Positions 9,762 through 19,418 of a stretch of DNA of 64,000 nt are shown one piece after another. The notes under the pieces are model-generated. The model was given only the letters and a program-made list of their open reading frames with translations. It did no database searches and was not told where the DNA came from. Position 1 is the stretch's first letter, and each line of letters begins with the position of its first letter. This DNA comes from Minisyncoccota bacterium (GTDB lineage Bacteria > Patescibacteriota > Minisyncoccia > Phycocordibacterales > PALSA-1337): NCBI GenBank assembly GCA_041665325.1, contig JBAYJB010000001.1, positions 162,817 through 226,816 on the forward strand. Reading direction: 5' to 3'. The position numbers were made by a program, and so were the translations under genes.

Positions 9762-10709
9762 TTACAAAACTCCTATTTTTTCCTTCACCTCACGTAATTT
9801 GGCCGCCGCCACTTTATTTGCTCTCTCTGCCCCGTCCCTTAATATCTCCAAAACCTTATTCTCATCCTTCGCCAGTTCAGCACGCCTCTCACGCATCGGT
9901 TTGACGAATGCATCGATGTCTTCGATCAATGCTTCTTTGAGAACTTTGTATTTGCCTTTGTTGGCATCATAAAGTGCCCTCAACTCGGCCTCGCTCTTAA
10001 ATAGTCTGTGAATATTGTAAACATTGGCCGGGCGCTCACCGCTTGAATCAGTCACTATTCCCATGACTTGTTTTGTGATCTCCTCGCGCGTGGCAAACAA
10101 CGGGATGGTGTTGTTGTAGCTCTTGGACATCTTCTGACCATCGATACCTGGCACGCTGGCAACATCCTCGAGGATGAGCGGCTCCGGCAACTTGAAAGTC
10201 ACCCCAAAGGCGTGATTGAACTTCTGGGCGATGTCGCGGGCATATTCGATATGTTGTTTCTGATCGTGACCGACCGGGACGACATCCGTTCCATACAGCA
10301 AGATATCCGCCGCCATCAAGACAGGATAGTTGAATGTGCCGACATTGATCTCCTTGCTCTTGGCCTCGGCGTCCTTGTACGCATGCGCGCGCATGAGGTA
10401 CGGCATGGTCACGATGGTATCGAAGATCCATGCAAGCTCGGTGTGGGCCGAGACATCGGACTGCTTGAATAGCACGGCCTTCTTAGAATCAATTCCAATC
10501 GCAAGATAATCAATAGCCAGATCTAACGACAGTCGTTTCATTTCTTCCTTATTCTGAATGAAATTGAGGCCGTGATAGTCGGCGATAAAGAAAAAACAAT
10601 CATAGTCGCCCTTATTCAAAAGCTCCACGAATTGCTTCATGGCGCCAAAATAGTTGCCGATATGAGGTCGGCCAGTCGGTTTGACGCCGGAGAGGAGGGT
10701 TTTGGTCAT
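9762..10709 (-). CDS. trpS: tryptophan--tRNA ligase
   Basis: SGVKPTG.PHIGNY, YPVLMAADIL, VPVG.DQ, KMSKS. Confidence 0.97.
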   Translation of the reverse strand: MTKTLLSGVKPTGRPHIGNYFGAMKQFVELLNKGDYDCFFFIADYHGLNFIQNKEEMKRLSLDLAIDYLAIGIDSKKAVLFKQSDVSAHTELAWIFDTIVTMPYLMRAHAYKDAEAKSKEINVGTFNYPVLMAADILLYGTDVVPVGHDQKQHIEYARDIAQKFNHAFGVTFKLPEPLILEDVASVPGIDGQKMSKSYNNTIPLFATREEITKQVMGIVTDSSGERPANVYNIHRLFKSEAELRALYDANKGKYKVLKEALIEDIDAFVKPMRERRAELAKDENKVLEILRDGAERANKVAAAKLREVKEKIGVL

Positions 10710-10749
10710 GAATAGAATAATAGCAAGAAATATGGGGTTTCTATAGAGG

Positions 10750-10778
10750 TTGACACTCGGTTTTTATTATATTATAAT
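10750..10778 (+). promoter_or_regulatory. perfect consensus sigma70 promoter
   Basis: TTGACA-N17-TATAAT. Confidence 0.85.
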
Positions 10779-10825
10779 TGTGGACGAACCGGTGTGGAAG
10801 CACACCTCAACAAAAACAACCAGAA

Positions 10826-11248
10826 ATGGAGGCCCGGAAACGGGTTCAGTACATGCAAAAATCAAATATCGTTAAGGAGTTCGTTCGTGGTTCGGAAAAT
10901 ATCAACCGGATGCGCCAAGAAATCGCCACGGTGATCGGACCGCTCGTTTATTACACGAGTAAGTATTGCGAAAGGACTCCAAAGGAGTTCAGAATCGAAG
11001 GACATTACGGGACATGGGAAATCCACACATCGTTAGGTTTGAACTGGATTATTTGGTATCAGCGCCGGCAGGACGGCTTCTGGATCTTCAAATCGAACTT
11101 CCTGAAGGATGTCACATCCATCAAGGGATATAATGCCAAGGTCGTCCACGAAGATCTGGACCGCCTTATGGAGGGCCTGTTCGAAAGATATCCGGATCTG
11201 CGGAAATACCTCGAATTCATGTTCGAAGCCGCCAAGGTGACCTTCTGA
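10826..11248 (+). CDS. hypothetical protein (solo cassette)
   Basis: ORF between a consensus promoter and terminator; start 10826 or 10853. Confidence 0.75.
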   Translation: MEARKRVQYMQKSNIVKEFVRGSENINRMRQEIATVIGPLVYYTSKYCERTPKEFRIEGHYGTWEIHTSLGLNWIIWYQRRQDGFWIFKSNFLKDVTSIKGYNAKVVHEDLDRLMEGLFERYPDLRKYLEFMFEAAKVTF

Positions 11249-11253
11249 CATTC

Positions 11254-11298
11254 AACCCGCCCGCGCACAGAGAACCTGCTGCGGTGCGGGTTTTCTTT
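11254..11298 (+). terminator. intrinsic terminator
   Basis: AACCCGC..GCGGGTT stem followed by T-run abutting dnaJ stop. Confidence 0.7.
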
Positions 11299-12204
11299 TT
11301 ACACCCCCTCTCCTTTCAATTCATCAACAAGGCGCTGGGCATTCTTGGACAGTTTCTTGGGCATGACCACGTGAGTGACGATCAGGAGGTCGCCGCGCTT
11401 TTCGCGAGTGCCAAAACCGCCGCTCTCGTACGGCACGCCCCTTCCTTTGACGCGCAGGATCTCGCCGTGTGAAGTGCCGGCCGGGACCTTGAGCTCGATC
11501 TTGCCGTCTAGCGTCTCGACTTCTATAGTGCCTCCGCCAAGAGCCAGTGTGAGCTTGATCGGCAACTCCATGATGAGGTTGAGTCCTTCCTTGCGGAATA
11601 CCGGATGCTCCTCGACCCAGACACGCACGATGAGGTCGCCTGGACCGCCTTCGCCGGCTTCACCCTTCTCCGCGATGCGCAGGCCCTGCCCGCTCTCTAT
11701 GCCTGCCGGGATCTTCAGACTGAACTTCTCCTTGTATCCACCGACCGCGAGCTCGCGTTCCACGCCGAAGATAGAGTCCTTGAATGAGATCTTGAGGTCC
11801 ACCGTGACATTCCTGCCCTTCCTTGGACGCCTGCGGCCTCCGCCACCGAAGAACTCACCGAAGATGTCACCCAGGTCGAACTCTACCCCGCCTTGGCCGT
11901 TGGCACGCGTAAATTGCGAGAAGTCGAAGCCTGCAAAGTCATTCGGATTGAAGCCGCCGCCGAAGCCTCCAGCTCCCGGGTTGAACCCAGCCCCAGCCGA
12001 ACCGAAGGTATCATATTGCTTGCGCTTGTTGTCATCCGACAATGTCGAATAGGCCTCACTGGCTTCTTTGAACTTTTGGGCCGAAGCGGGGTCGTTCTTA
12101 TTCTTGTCCGGATGATGCTCGTGCGCCAGCTTGCGGAACGCTTTCTTGATGTCGTCCTTCGAGGCGCCCTTATCGACCCCCAGAGTTTTGTAGTAATCTT
12201 TCAT
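11299..12204 (-). CDS. dnaJ: DnaJ chaperone without zinc-finger region (class B/CbpA-like)
   Basis: J domain with HPD, G/F-rich linker, C-terminal domain, no CxxCxGxG repeats. Confidence 0.9.
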   Translation of the reverse strand: MKDYYKTLGVDKGASKDDIKKAFRKLAHEHHPDKNKNDPASAQKFKEASEAYSTLSDDNKRKQYDTFGSAGAGFNPGAGGFGGGFNPNDFAGFDFSQFTRANGQGGVEFDLGDIFGEFFGGGGRRRPRKGRNVTVDLKISFKDSIFGVERELAVGGYKEKFSLKIPAGIESGQGLRIAEKGEAGEGGPGDLIVRVWVEEHPVFRKEGLNLIMELPIKLTLALGGGTIEVETLDGKIELKVPAGTSHGEILRVKGRGVPYESGGFGTREKRGDLLIVTHVVMPKKLSKNAQRLVDELKGEGV

Positions 12205-12206
12205 TA

Positions 12207-12235
12207 TTGACTTTTATGATAGCATATGTTACTAT
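12207..12235 (+). promoter_or_regulatory. sigma70 promoter overlapping the divergent dnaJ promoter
   Basis: TTGACT-N17-TACTAT with TG. Confidence 0.65.
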
Positions 12236-12298
12236 GTAACTCAACCTATCTTAGGTCCTTCACATAACGTTACGCAACATCCAAACTAAGGAAACACC

Positions 12299-12793
12299 AT
12301 GGAACCTCGTTCCAACAGCGTGCTCGTCATCCAGACAAGCACTCCCATGACAGTCAAAGAGACACTCAGCCCGCTTACACGCAACACTCACTATGAGTTC
12401 TTCCAACGCTGGAGCAGTGAGGTCCAGGGGCGGATCCATCCCGAGACCCCGTTGCTCGTGCTGACTTCTCACACGGCGACGGTCAATCCGTTCGAGATCG
12501 CTCGAGAGGTCAAGAGCATCAACCGCTGGGCGGTCGTAGTCGCCTATACCGGCAACTACATCACCCCAGATCAGTTGAAAGGCTCCTACATCGACGCCCT
12601 GCTCTACAAGCTCGGCCTGAAAAAGGGCTTTGAAGTTCGTCTCATCGAGGCCTTCCTCACAGAGGCGTTGAACTGGAACGAACGGCACCTGGCCGGGCCC
12701 GACAGCTCGCGCGAGCGGCTCATCCGGATGATCAACGAAACCAATCGGGAGTCACCACTCTGGCCTCCCAATTTGGGTCGCCAGCAGTCCTGA
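12299..12793 (+). CDS. hypothetical protein, degenerate receiver (CheY-like) fold suspected (solo cassette)
   Basis: NPFEIAREVKSINRWAVVVAYTG..IDALLYK resembles the REC a3-b4-b5 region; AAGGAA upstream. Confidence 0.65.
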   Translation: MEPRSNSVLVIQTSTPMTVKETLSPLTRNTHYEFFQRWSSEVQGRIHPETPLLVLTSHTATVNPFEIAREVKSINRWAVVVAYTGNYITPDQLKGSYIDALLYKLGLKKGFEVRLIEAFLTEALNWNERHLAGPDSSRERLIRMINETNRESPLWPPNLGRQQS

Positions 12794-12807
12794 CGGTTTC
12801 TTCTCAA

Positions 12808-12864
12808 GGGCCCTCGTCCGCTTCCCCGAACTTCGGTTCAGGGTGGCGGCGAGGGTCTTTTTTA
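12808..12864 (+). terminator. intrinsic terminator
   Basis: GGGCCCTCG..CGAGGGTC + TTTTTT. Confidence 0.7.
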
Positions 12865-12882
12865 TTATCTGATTTTGATGTA

Positions 12883-14802
12883 CTACTTCTTTTCCTTGAA
12901 CTCCGCATCTTTGACATTGTCAGCACCTCCCTCCGGTCCTTTACCATCAGTCTTCCCCTGCCCCGCTGCAGCATCAGCCGGTGGCGTCTGATTCATATAC
13001 TGCCCGATCTTCTGGATCTCACCGGATAGAGCTTCGGTGGCTGTCTTGATGGCCGCCATGTCAGGCACAGCAGCATCTTTGGCGGCCTTGAGAGTGGCAA
13101 TCTTGTCCTCGATAGACTTCTTGAGGTCGGCCGGCACCTTGTCGCCGGCTTCCTTGAGTGCCTTCTCCGAAGTGTAGGCGAGTTGTTCGGCAATATTTTT
13201 GACCTCAATCATCTCTTTCTTCTGTTTGTCTTCGGCCTCATGCGTCGCGGCTTCGGCCTTCATCTTCTCGACCTCTTCCTTGGACAAACCGGAAGAAGCC
13301 GTGATCTTGATGGAGTTGGCCTTGCCTGTCGCCTTGTTCTTGGCGGTGACGCTCAAGATACCGTTAGCGTCGATGTCGAAAGTGACCTCGATTTGCGGCA
13401 TGCCGCGCGGTGACGGTGGGATGCCATCGAGGATGAAGCGGCCCAATGATTTATTATCAGCAGACAATGCCCTTTCGCCCTGAGTGATGTGGATCTCCAC
13501 CGACGACTGATTGTCAGACGCGGTCGAGAAGATCTGCGAACGCTGGGTCGGCACGGTCGTATTCTTGTCTATGAGCTTCGTAGCTACACCGCCCATAGTT
13601 TCGATGCCGAGCGAAAGCGGGATGACATCCAGAAGGAGCACATCTTTCACATCTCCTCCTAGGATGCCCCCTTGAATGGCGGCACCGACGGCCACGACCT
13701 CGTCCGGGTTGACGCCCATGTGCGGATCTCTGCCGAAGAACTTCTTGACAGCTTCCTGGAGGGCCGGCATGCGCGTCTGGCCGCCGACTAGGACGACCTC
13801 ATTGATCTCGCCGACCTTGAATGGCGAAGCGTCCATAGCGCGCTTGGTGATCAACATGGCACGATCGATGAACTCGGCGGTCATCTCCTCGAGCTTGGCG
13901 CGAGTGAGCGTGACTAGGAGGTGCTTCGGTCCGTCAGCGCCGGAAGTCACAAATGGGATATTGATCTCGGTCTGGGCCGCCGTCGAAAGCTCGATCTTGG
14001 CCTTCTCAGCTGATTCATCGAGACGCTGGAGAGCCAACGGATCGGCCTTGAGATCGATGCCGTTCTCCTTCTTGAATGTATCCGCAAGCCAAGCGACGAT
14101 CTTGGCGTCGATGTCGCGCCCGCCGAGGTGAGAGTCGCCGTCGGTGGATTTGACCTCGATAGAATTCTCACCGTCAGAGTTAGCGACTTCGAGCACGGAT
14201 ATGTCGAATGTACCGCCGCCGAAGTCGAAGACTGCGATCTTCTCATTCTTCTTCTTGTTGAAGCCGTACGCGAGGGCCGCGGCCGTCGGCTCGTTGATGA
14301 TGCGCTTGACGTCGAGCCCGGCGATCTTGCCGGCGTCCTTGGTGGCCTGGCGCTGGCTATCGTTGAAGTAGGCCGGGACAGTGATGACCGCCTCGGTGAT
14401 CTTCTCGCCCAGGCGCGCTTCGGCATCGGTCTTGAGCTTGGTCAGGATCATGGCCGAAACCTCCTCGGGGCGCATCCATTTGCCGGACATGTTGACCTCT
14501 ATACCGCCGTTCGCGGCTTTGCGGACTTCGAAGGAGACATTCTTGATGTCTTTCTGCACGCTCTCCTCGTCAAAGGTATGGCCCATGAAGCGCTTGATCT
14601 GGAAGATCGTATTCTTGGGATTGGTCACAGCCTGGCGCTTGGCCAAGAGGCCGACCAGACGCTCGCCGGTCTTGGATTGGGCGACGATCGACGGGGTCGT
14701 GCGCGCGCCTTCGGCGTTCTCCAGGACCCTGGGACTACCGGCTTCCATGACGGCTACCGCCGAGAAAGTCGTGCCGAGGTCTATTCCGATGATCTTAGAC
14801 AT
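12883..14802 (-). CDS. dnaK: chaperone DnaK (Hsp70)
   Basis: [40 protein letters not shown]. Confidence 0.99.
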   Translation of the reverse strand: MSKIIGIDLGTTFSAVAVMEAGSPRVLENAEGARTTPSIVAQSKTGERLVGLLAKRQAVTNPKNTIFQIKRFMGHTFDEESVQKDIKNVSFEVRKAANGGIEVNMSGKWMRPEEVSAMILTKLKTDAEARLGEKITEAVITVPAYFNDSQRQATKDAGKIAGLDVKRIINEPTAAALAYGFNKKKNEKIAVFDFGGGTFDISVLEVANSDGENSIEVKSTDGDSHLGGRDIDAKIVAWLADTFKKENGIDLKADPLALQRLDESAEKAKIELSTAAQTEINIPFVTSGADGPKHLLVTLTRAKLEEMTAEFIDRAMLITKRAMDASPFKVGEINEVVLVGGQTRMPALQEAVKKFFGRDPHMGVNPDEVVAVGAAIQGGILGGDVKDVLLLDVIPLSLGIETMGGVATKLIDKNTTVPTQRSQIFSTASDNQSSVEIHITQGERALSADNKSLGRFILDGIPPSPRGMPQIEVTFDIDANGILSVTAKNKATGKANSIKITASSGLSKEEVEKMKAEAATHEAEDKQKKEMIEVKNIAEQLAYTSEKALKEAGDKVPADLKKSIEDKIATLKAAKDAAVPDMAAIKTATEALSGEIQKIGQYMNQTPPADAAAGQGKTDGKGPEGGADNVKDAEFKEKK

Positions 14803-14829
14803 ATATTTATATGTTAGTTTATTTTAATA

Positions 14830-14859
14830 TTGACAAACCATGATTAAACATGTTATTCT
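14830..14859 (+). promoter_or_regulatory. sigma70 promoter
   Basis: TTGACA-N18-TATTCT with TG. Confidence 0.55.
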
Positions 14860-14943
14860 AGCACTTAACCTTCCTATGCTTATTTCATTAGACATTCCAT
14901 GTCTATAGGTTGAAGCAATGCTGTTCCTTACACCTCACACGAT

Positions 14944-15249
14944 ATGAACTCACCCCTGTTCTACTGCATCTCGTTTGTTTTTTTCTGCCTGATCTTCCTC
15001 GAGGAATGCTGGGCCAGAATCAAGGATCGGGACATGGCCACTTGGATCATTCTCTCCCTGCTATGGGGAGTCTTCCTCACCCGCGAGAGCTTCTTCCCGT
15101 TCTTCTACCTGACCACACCCTTCGTGGCCGCAGCGCTGGGATTGTTCAGTGCAGAATTCCTGCAGATCCCGATCAATGTTTTCCTCGAATGGCACAACAA
15201 AGTCGGGAAAGAACATTTTCAATGGTGGTCCGGCGGCAGTTTGAACTGA
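14944..15249 (+). CDS. small multi-TM hypothetical protein (solo cassette)
   Basis: About three hydrophobic segments; own promoter; terminator 15272-15300. Confidence 0.7.
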   Translation: MNSPLFYCISFVFFCLIFLEECWARIKDRDMATWIILSLLWGVFLTRESFFPFFYLTTPFVAAALGLFSAEFLQIPINVFLEWHNKVGKEHFQWWSGGSLN

Positions 15250-15271
15250 CCGATCCACCTCGCTCTTACGC

Positions 15272-15300
15272 AAAGCCCGCGCTTCACAGCCGGGCTTTTT
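15272..15300. terminator. bidirectional terminator
   Basis: AAAGCCCG..CGGGCTTTT between convergent ORFs. Confidence 0.7.
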
Positions 15301-15598
15301 ATTTGGATGGTGCGCGCGTCGGTTGGCTAGAAAGTAAATATTCTAGGGAGAAATATGGCGAAGCGACAGGAGTAAAAGACGGGGCGTATTCGGTTTCGGT
15401 CTTGTTTTCGGGAGTAAGGGCTGGCAGGCATGCGACGCATTCGGATCGGAATGTCCGGATGACTGGTTCGGCCGAGACTAGGCGTCCCTTCACTTCCCCA
15501 TCTACGAGTGCAACAAAGAAAACCAGCTTGAATTGTCGGCCGGCCAGATCGGTGAAGACCTTTTCGACGAATCTGGAATTGACGTAGGGGGTGAGCAT
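15299..15598 (-). CDS. hypothetical protein ending ..QPTRAPSK
   Basis: 99-aa ORF with TGTTATAAT just upstream. Confidence 0.7.
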   Translation of the reverse strand: MLTPYVNSRFVEKVFTDLAGRQFKLVFFVALVDGEVKGRLVSAEPVIRTFRSECVACLPALTPENKTETEYAPSFTPVASPYFSLEYLLSSQPTRAPSK

Positions 15599-15644
15599 TA
15601 GGGAGCCATTATAACAGGCCTGGGGATAAGTTCAAGTTTTGAGG

Positions 15645-15673
15645 TTGACATGATACGATTAATACGTTACTCT
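15645..15673 (+). promoter_or_regulatory. sigma70 promoter
   Basis: TTGACA-N17-TACTCT. Confidence 0.7.
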
Positions 15674-15731
15674 GTAATGAGCATTTTTCCAACCTAGTTC
15701 AAACCCCAGTTCAAAAAGGAGGAACCTTACC

Positions 15732-15881
15732 ATGACTGTTATGGGACATGCCATATTGCTTCTGTTGGATTCCATAAGGAAAATGAAGTTCATCCAGATC
15801 ACACTGTCGGTGATGATGTTGGTGCTTATGGGCATCCTGATCCCCCTCACTTATGTAGTCGGATCGACACGGAAGCCATGA
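15732..15881 (+). CDS. 49-aa hydrophobic peptide (not in ORF track; solo cassette)
   Basis: MTVMGHAILLLLDSIRKMKFIQITLSVMMLVLMGILIPLTYVVGSTRKP; AGGAGG at 15717-15722; terminator 15898-15932. Confidence 0.7.
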   Translation: MTVMGHAILLLLDSIRKMKFIQITLSVMMLVLMGILIPLTYVVGSTRKP

Positions 15882-15930
15882 TTCACCGACTGTTCTCGAG
15901 CGCCGCGACACTGCATCGCGGCCTCTTTTT

Positions 15931-16476
15931 TTATTTCTTATACTCCCCCACTCTCACCTTAGGCGGCCTCAAGGCTTTACCATTAAGTGAATAGCCCTTT
16001 TGTGTTACTGAGATGATCTGATGATGTTGTTTCTCGTCTACGACCGGCACGTATTCTGCAGCCTCATCGCGGTTCGGATCAAAGGCTTGGCCTGTTGGGT
16101 CGATCTCCTCGAGGCCGGCATCATTCAAGGCCTTCTTGAGCTGGCTCGCAATATACTCAACACCCTGGCGCCAATTCTTGTCTACTTTCTCCCATGCTTC
16201 CTTGTTGCCCATGGCTAGATCGAAGCTCTCAAGGACCGGGATGAGGCCTTCGATGAGGCGCTCGTTGGCAAACTTGGTGAACTCCGCCCGATCGGCGTCG
16301 TCGCGCTTACGGGCATTGATGAGGTCGGCCTTGGCTCTCTGCCAGCCGGTCAGGTACTCCATCTTCTCCGTCTCGGCCTGCTTGAGCTTTTCGCGGAGCT
16401 TCTTCACAGCTTCCGCGGCATTCTCCTCGGCTACGACAGAATCGTCTAGCATGTCATCATTGGCGTTCTTATTCAT
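15931..16476 (-). CDS. grpE: nucleotide exchange factor GrpE
   Basis: WQRAKAD..N.RKR, FDP..DEA, QKGY.LNGK.LRP.KV.V. Confidence 0.96.
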   Translation of the reverse strand: MNKNANDDMLDDSVVAEENAAEAVKKLREKLKQAETEKMEYLTGWQRAKADLINARKRDDADRAEFTKFANERLIEGLIPVLESFDLAMGNKEAWEKVDKNWRQGVEYIASQLKKALNDAGLEEIDPTGQAFDPNRDEAAEYVPVVDEKQHHQIISVTQKGYSLNGKALRPPKVRVGEYKK

Positions 16477-16572
16477 GAATCAAAGTATACGTATGCGATG
16501 CGGTTTTGGCAAACAAAAAAGCCCCCGCAAGAGGTCCAATAGGGACTTTCTTGTGGGAGCGGTGATGATTGT

Positions 16573-17001
16573 TTATTGTTTAAGATCGTAGGCCAGGAGC
16601 ATTTTCTGTTGCATTTGTGTAAGTGCGTACACAACCCATTCCTCCCAAAACCCATCCTCACCCTTGTTGTATTCACGAACAATCATGTGAGTGGGATAAA
16701 TTCCGTCATTTTTCTTGACGCACAATTTGAAGCCATGAATAAGGGACTGCCCTTTCGAAAATGTAACAGGTCTAAGACCAAGCTCCATTCCCCATAGCAA
16801 GTAATCACGACCCATGATGGAATGAAAAATATTATTTTCATCTTGATAGGCCTCATTCCCACTTAGAATATCTAGGCCCTCATCAATCTTAAGCTTAACT
16901 GAGACTTGGCTCCCAAACATGAAATCCAAGTTGCCCACAAATCGTTTCGAGTATGACAAACGATCTAGTGTCAGTCGAGCAATTTTGTTTATCGTATTCA
17001 T
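16573..17001 (-). CDS. hypothetical protein (solo cassette, AT-richer)
   Basis: 142-aa ORF; promoter TTGACA-N17-TAAAGT at 17155-17127; hairpin plus A-run at 16515-16562. Confidence 0.7.
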   Translation of the reverse strand: MNTINKIARLTLDRLSYSKRFVGNLDFMFGSQVSVKLKIDEGLDILSGNEAYQDENNIFHSIMGRDYLLWGMELGLRPVTFSKGQSLIHGFKLCVKKNDGIYPTHMIVREYNKGEDGFWEEWVVYALTQMQQKMLLAYDLKQ

Positions 17002-17188
17002 TTTTCAAGGTGCGCAGTTTTACGTTCCACGCGAACGAGATGATTTGTTTCCGACTGGCATTCTTGGAGATTCTCCATTCTCCATATATCTCAAGGAATG
17101 AGACCTGACTTGACTTGACTTTTTAAACTTTAGCATTATTTGGACTATCTGTCAATACTACCCATTACAGCTATATAGGGCCGTATAC

Positions 17189-17214
17189 AAAAAACCCCCT
17201 TGCAGGGGCTTTTT
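17189..17214 (-). terminator. terminator of ribosomal cluster
   Basis: AAAAAACCCCT-TGC-AGGGGCTTTT-like hairpin after rpsI. Confidence 0.65.
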
Positions 17215-17245
17215 GATTCTGAGAGATGAATGTGAGTTCCAACTA

Positions 17246-17656
17246 TTAACGTTTTGACCACTGCGGAGACTTGCGAGCTTTCTTGCGGCCGAACTTGCGG
17301 CGTTCTTTAGCGCGGGCATCGCGCTTGAGGAAACCGGCTTTCTTGAGTTTGCCACGGAGCTCTATATCATAGACGAGGAGAGCGCGAGAGATGCCGTGAC
17401 GGAGCGCTTCAGCCTGGGAATTGATGCCACCACCGGAAAGTTTGGCAGAGACGAGGAATTTCTCGGCAGCCTTGGCCTCTTTGTGAGCGGACTCGGCCGA
17501 GATCTGCATCTCTCGCACCGGGAAATAAGCGGCCAACGTCTTGCCGTTGATCTCATAACCCATCTCCTTGGCCGGATAGAGGCGCACGCGAGCCACAGAG
17601 GTCTTGCGGCGGCCGACGGCTTCGAAATATTTGCCTGTCTTGGTAGCGATAGTCAT
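17246..17656 (-). CDS. rpsI: 30S ribosomal protein S9
   Basis: GRRKTSVARV, GGG..SQAEA.RHGI.RAL, KARKSPQWSKR. Confidence 0.98.
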   Translation of the reverse strand: MTIATKTGKYFEAVGRRKTSVARVRLYPAKEMGYEINGKTLAAYFPVREMQISAESAHKEAKAAEKFLVSAKLSGGGINSQAEALRHGISRALLVYDIELRGKLKKAGFLKRDARAKERRKFGRKKARKSPQWSKR

Positions 17657-17660
17657 GGGT

Positions 17661-18005
17661 TTATTCTTTGATGGTGAGGTTCTTCATGCGGATAGAACGA
17701 AGCTTGTTCGACGGAAGCATGCCGTAGATGGCGCGCTCGATGACTTCTCTCATGCCGCTCCTTGCGATGAGGTGGCCGAGGGTCTCCTTGTTGAGGCCGC
17801 CGCGATGGCCGGTGTAGGTCACATAGACATCCTTGAGCTTCTTTCTGGATGAGACATCAGCTTTCCCGACATTGATGACCTCTACCTTGTCTTCCAGGAC
17901 ATTGTTCCTAGTGAAGGCCGGGCTATGCTTGCCCGTGAGGAAAGCCGCTGCCTGGGAAGCTACGCGTCCGATCTTCTTGCCTTGTGCATCGATGGTGTGT
18001 TTCAT
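17661..18005 (-). CDS. rplM: 50S ribosomal protein L13 (short form)
   Basis: IDAQGKKIGRVAS..L.GKH, AIYGMLP. Confidence 0.95.
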   Translation of the reverse strand: MKHTIDAQGKKIGRVASQAAAFLTGKHSPAFTRNNVLEDKVEVINVGKADVSSRKKLKDVYVTYTGHRGGLNKETLGHLIARSGMREVIERAIYGMLPSNKLRSIRMKNLTIKE

Positions 18006-18012
18006 AATATAT

Positions 18013-18363
18013 TTAAACGAATTCAATCAGAGACATCGGGCTGCCGTCAAGGTCGCGGTTCGGCAGGCGCACGATGCGGATGTAGCCACCCTTGCGGTCC
18101 TTGTACTTCGGGGCGATGACATCGAAGAGCTTCTTGGTTTCGACCGGGCTGACGATCTTGGCATTGACCAGACGGCGCGAAGCGATCGTACCAATCTTGG
18201 CCCTAGTCACAAGCTTCTCCACATACGGGCGCAATTCTTTGGCTTTGGCGGTAGTCGTGCGGATGCGGCTATCACGGATCAGATTGCGAGCCAAAGAACG
18301 CATGAGAGCGATGCGTTGAGTCTTTTCTCTGCCAAATTTACGTACTGAAGAATGGTGTCTCAT
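18013..18363 (-). CDS. rplQ: 50S ribosomal protein L17
   Basis: MRH..KFGR, I.TT..KAKELR, R.GGY.RI. Confidence 0.97.
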   Translation of the reverse strand: MRHHSSVRKFGREKTQRIALMRSLARNLIRDSRIRTTTAKAKELRPYVEKLVTRAKIGTIASRRLVNAKIVSPVETKKLFDVIAPKYKDRKGGYIRIVRLPNRDLDGSPMSLIEFV

Positions 18364-18385
18364 GGTGGCGTCCTAACGGATGTTA

Positions 18386-19363
18386 TTATTTGAGCGTGAT
18401 GCCATGCTGGGCGAGTAATTTCTTGATCTCCTGCATACCCTTGGCGCCGAGGCCGTCGACATCCATGATGTCCGACTCCTTCTTCCTGGCCAAGCCGCCA
18501 AGAGTGCGAATATTGCCATTGGTCAGAGCCTTGACGGTGCGAGAAGACAGATCGAGCGCATCGATGCGGGTCTTCAAGAGTTCCGTGTCCACATCCTTGC
18601 CGAGCCGTTCACCGGAAGCGGGGACGCTCTCCTTCTCTGATCCTTCGTCAGAGGCGGCCTTGACCGGCTCCTCCTCAACGAATCCGACGATGGCTTTGAG
18701 CTGATGGATCATCAGAGCGATGGACTTCTCCATGGCTTCGCGCGGCGTGATAGTGCCGTCGGTCTCGATCGAGAGGCGCAGGCGGTTGAAATCGGTACGG
18801 TCGCCGACGCGCATATTCTCAACTTCGTAGTTAGTCCTCCTAATCGGGGTGAAGGTGGCATCGAGAGTGATCTGACCGATCTCTACCCTCTCCTTCTGGA
18901 GAGTCTCTTTTGGAACATACCCGAGACCCTTCTCAACTACCATCTCGATATCGAGCTCGGCCGCCTTATCGGAAATGGTGGCAATGTGAAGGTCAGGGTT
19001 GAGGATCTCGGCCTGGCCGGGAGCTTCGATATCCTTGGCCGTGATAGACTTGGCTCCTTTGATCTTGAGACGGAGAGTCTGTGGCTCATCGGTGGCGAGG
19101 CGGATGCGAAGCTTCTTCAGATTGAGCAAAATGGCGATGACATCTTCCTTGACGCCCTGAATAGCCGAAAACTCATGATCGGCACCGACGATCTTGACCC
19201 TGGTCACAGCCGCGCCCGGGAGAGACGACAGGATGATGCGGCGCAGGGAGTTGCCAAGGGTATGGCCGTAGCCCGGATAGAGACCGTCGATCTCATATAC
19301 GCCGGCCGTCGCGTCTTCGCTCACGATCTTCGGCTTGGAAGGAAGGATGATGTCGTAGGTCAT
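18386..19363 (-). CDS. rpoA: RNA polymerase alpha subunit
   Basis: GYGHTLGNSLRRIILSSLPG, VENMRVG.RTD; start reassigned to ATG 19363. Confidence 0.97.
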   Translation of the reverse strand: MTYDIILPSKPKIVSEDATAGVYEIDGLYPGYGHTLGNSLRRIILSSLPGAAVTRVKIVGADHEFSAIQGVKEDVIAILLNLKKLRIRLATDEPQTLRLKIKGAKSITAKDIEAPGQAEILNPDLHIATISDKAAELDIEMVVEKGLGYVPKETLQKERVEIGQITLDATFTPIRRTNYEVENMRVGDRTDFNRLRLSIETDGTITPREAMEKSIALMIHQLKAIVGFVEEEPVKAASDEGSEKESVPASGERLGKDVDTELLKTRIDALDLSSRTVKALTNGNIRTLGGLARKKESDIMDVDGLGAKGMQEIKKLLAQHGITLK

Positions 19364-19418
19364 ATGATTTTTATTAGATAAAATAAGAGAATAATTATAC
19401 ATTAAAACACGAAAAAGT

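Noticed and set aside
6067-14827. Long antisense or alternate-frame ORFs over murG, scpA, dnaJ, dnaK (likewise over zwf, mreB, purB)
   Set aside because: Shadow ORFs from GC-rich codon bias opposite well-supported genes; no family motifs.
14858-14885. CTAGCACTT upstream of dnaK as CIRCE
   Set aside because: Only a degenerate left half; no GAGTGCTAA 9 nt downstream.
17106-17120. TGACT x3 microsatellite
   Set aside because: Too short to distinguish from chance.
10750-17155. Integron array explaining the cassettes
   Set aside because: No integrase, no recognisable RYYYAAC..GTTRRRY attC sites, and cassettes are dispersed with their own promoters.
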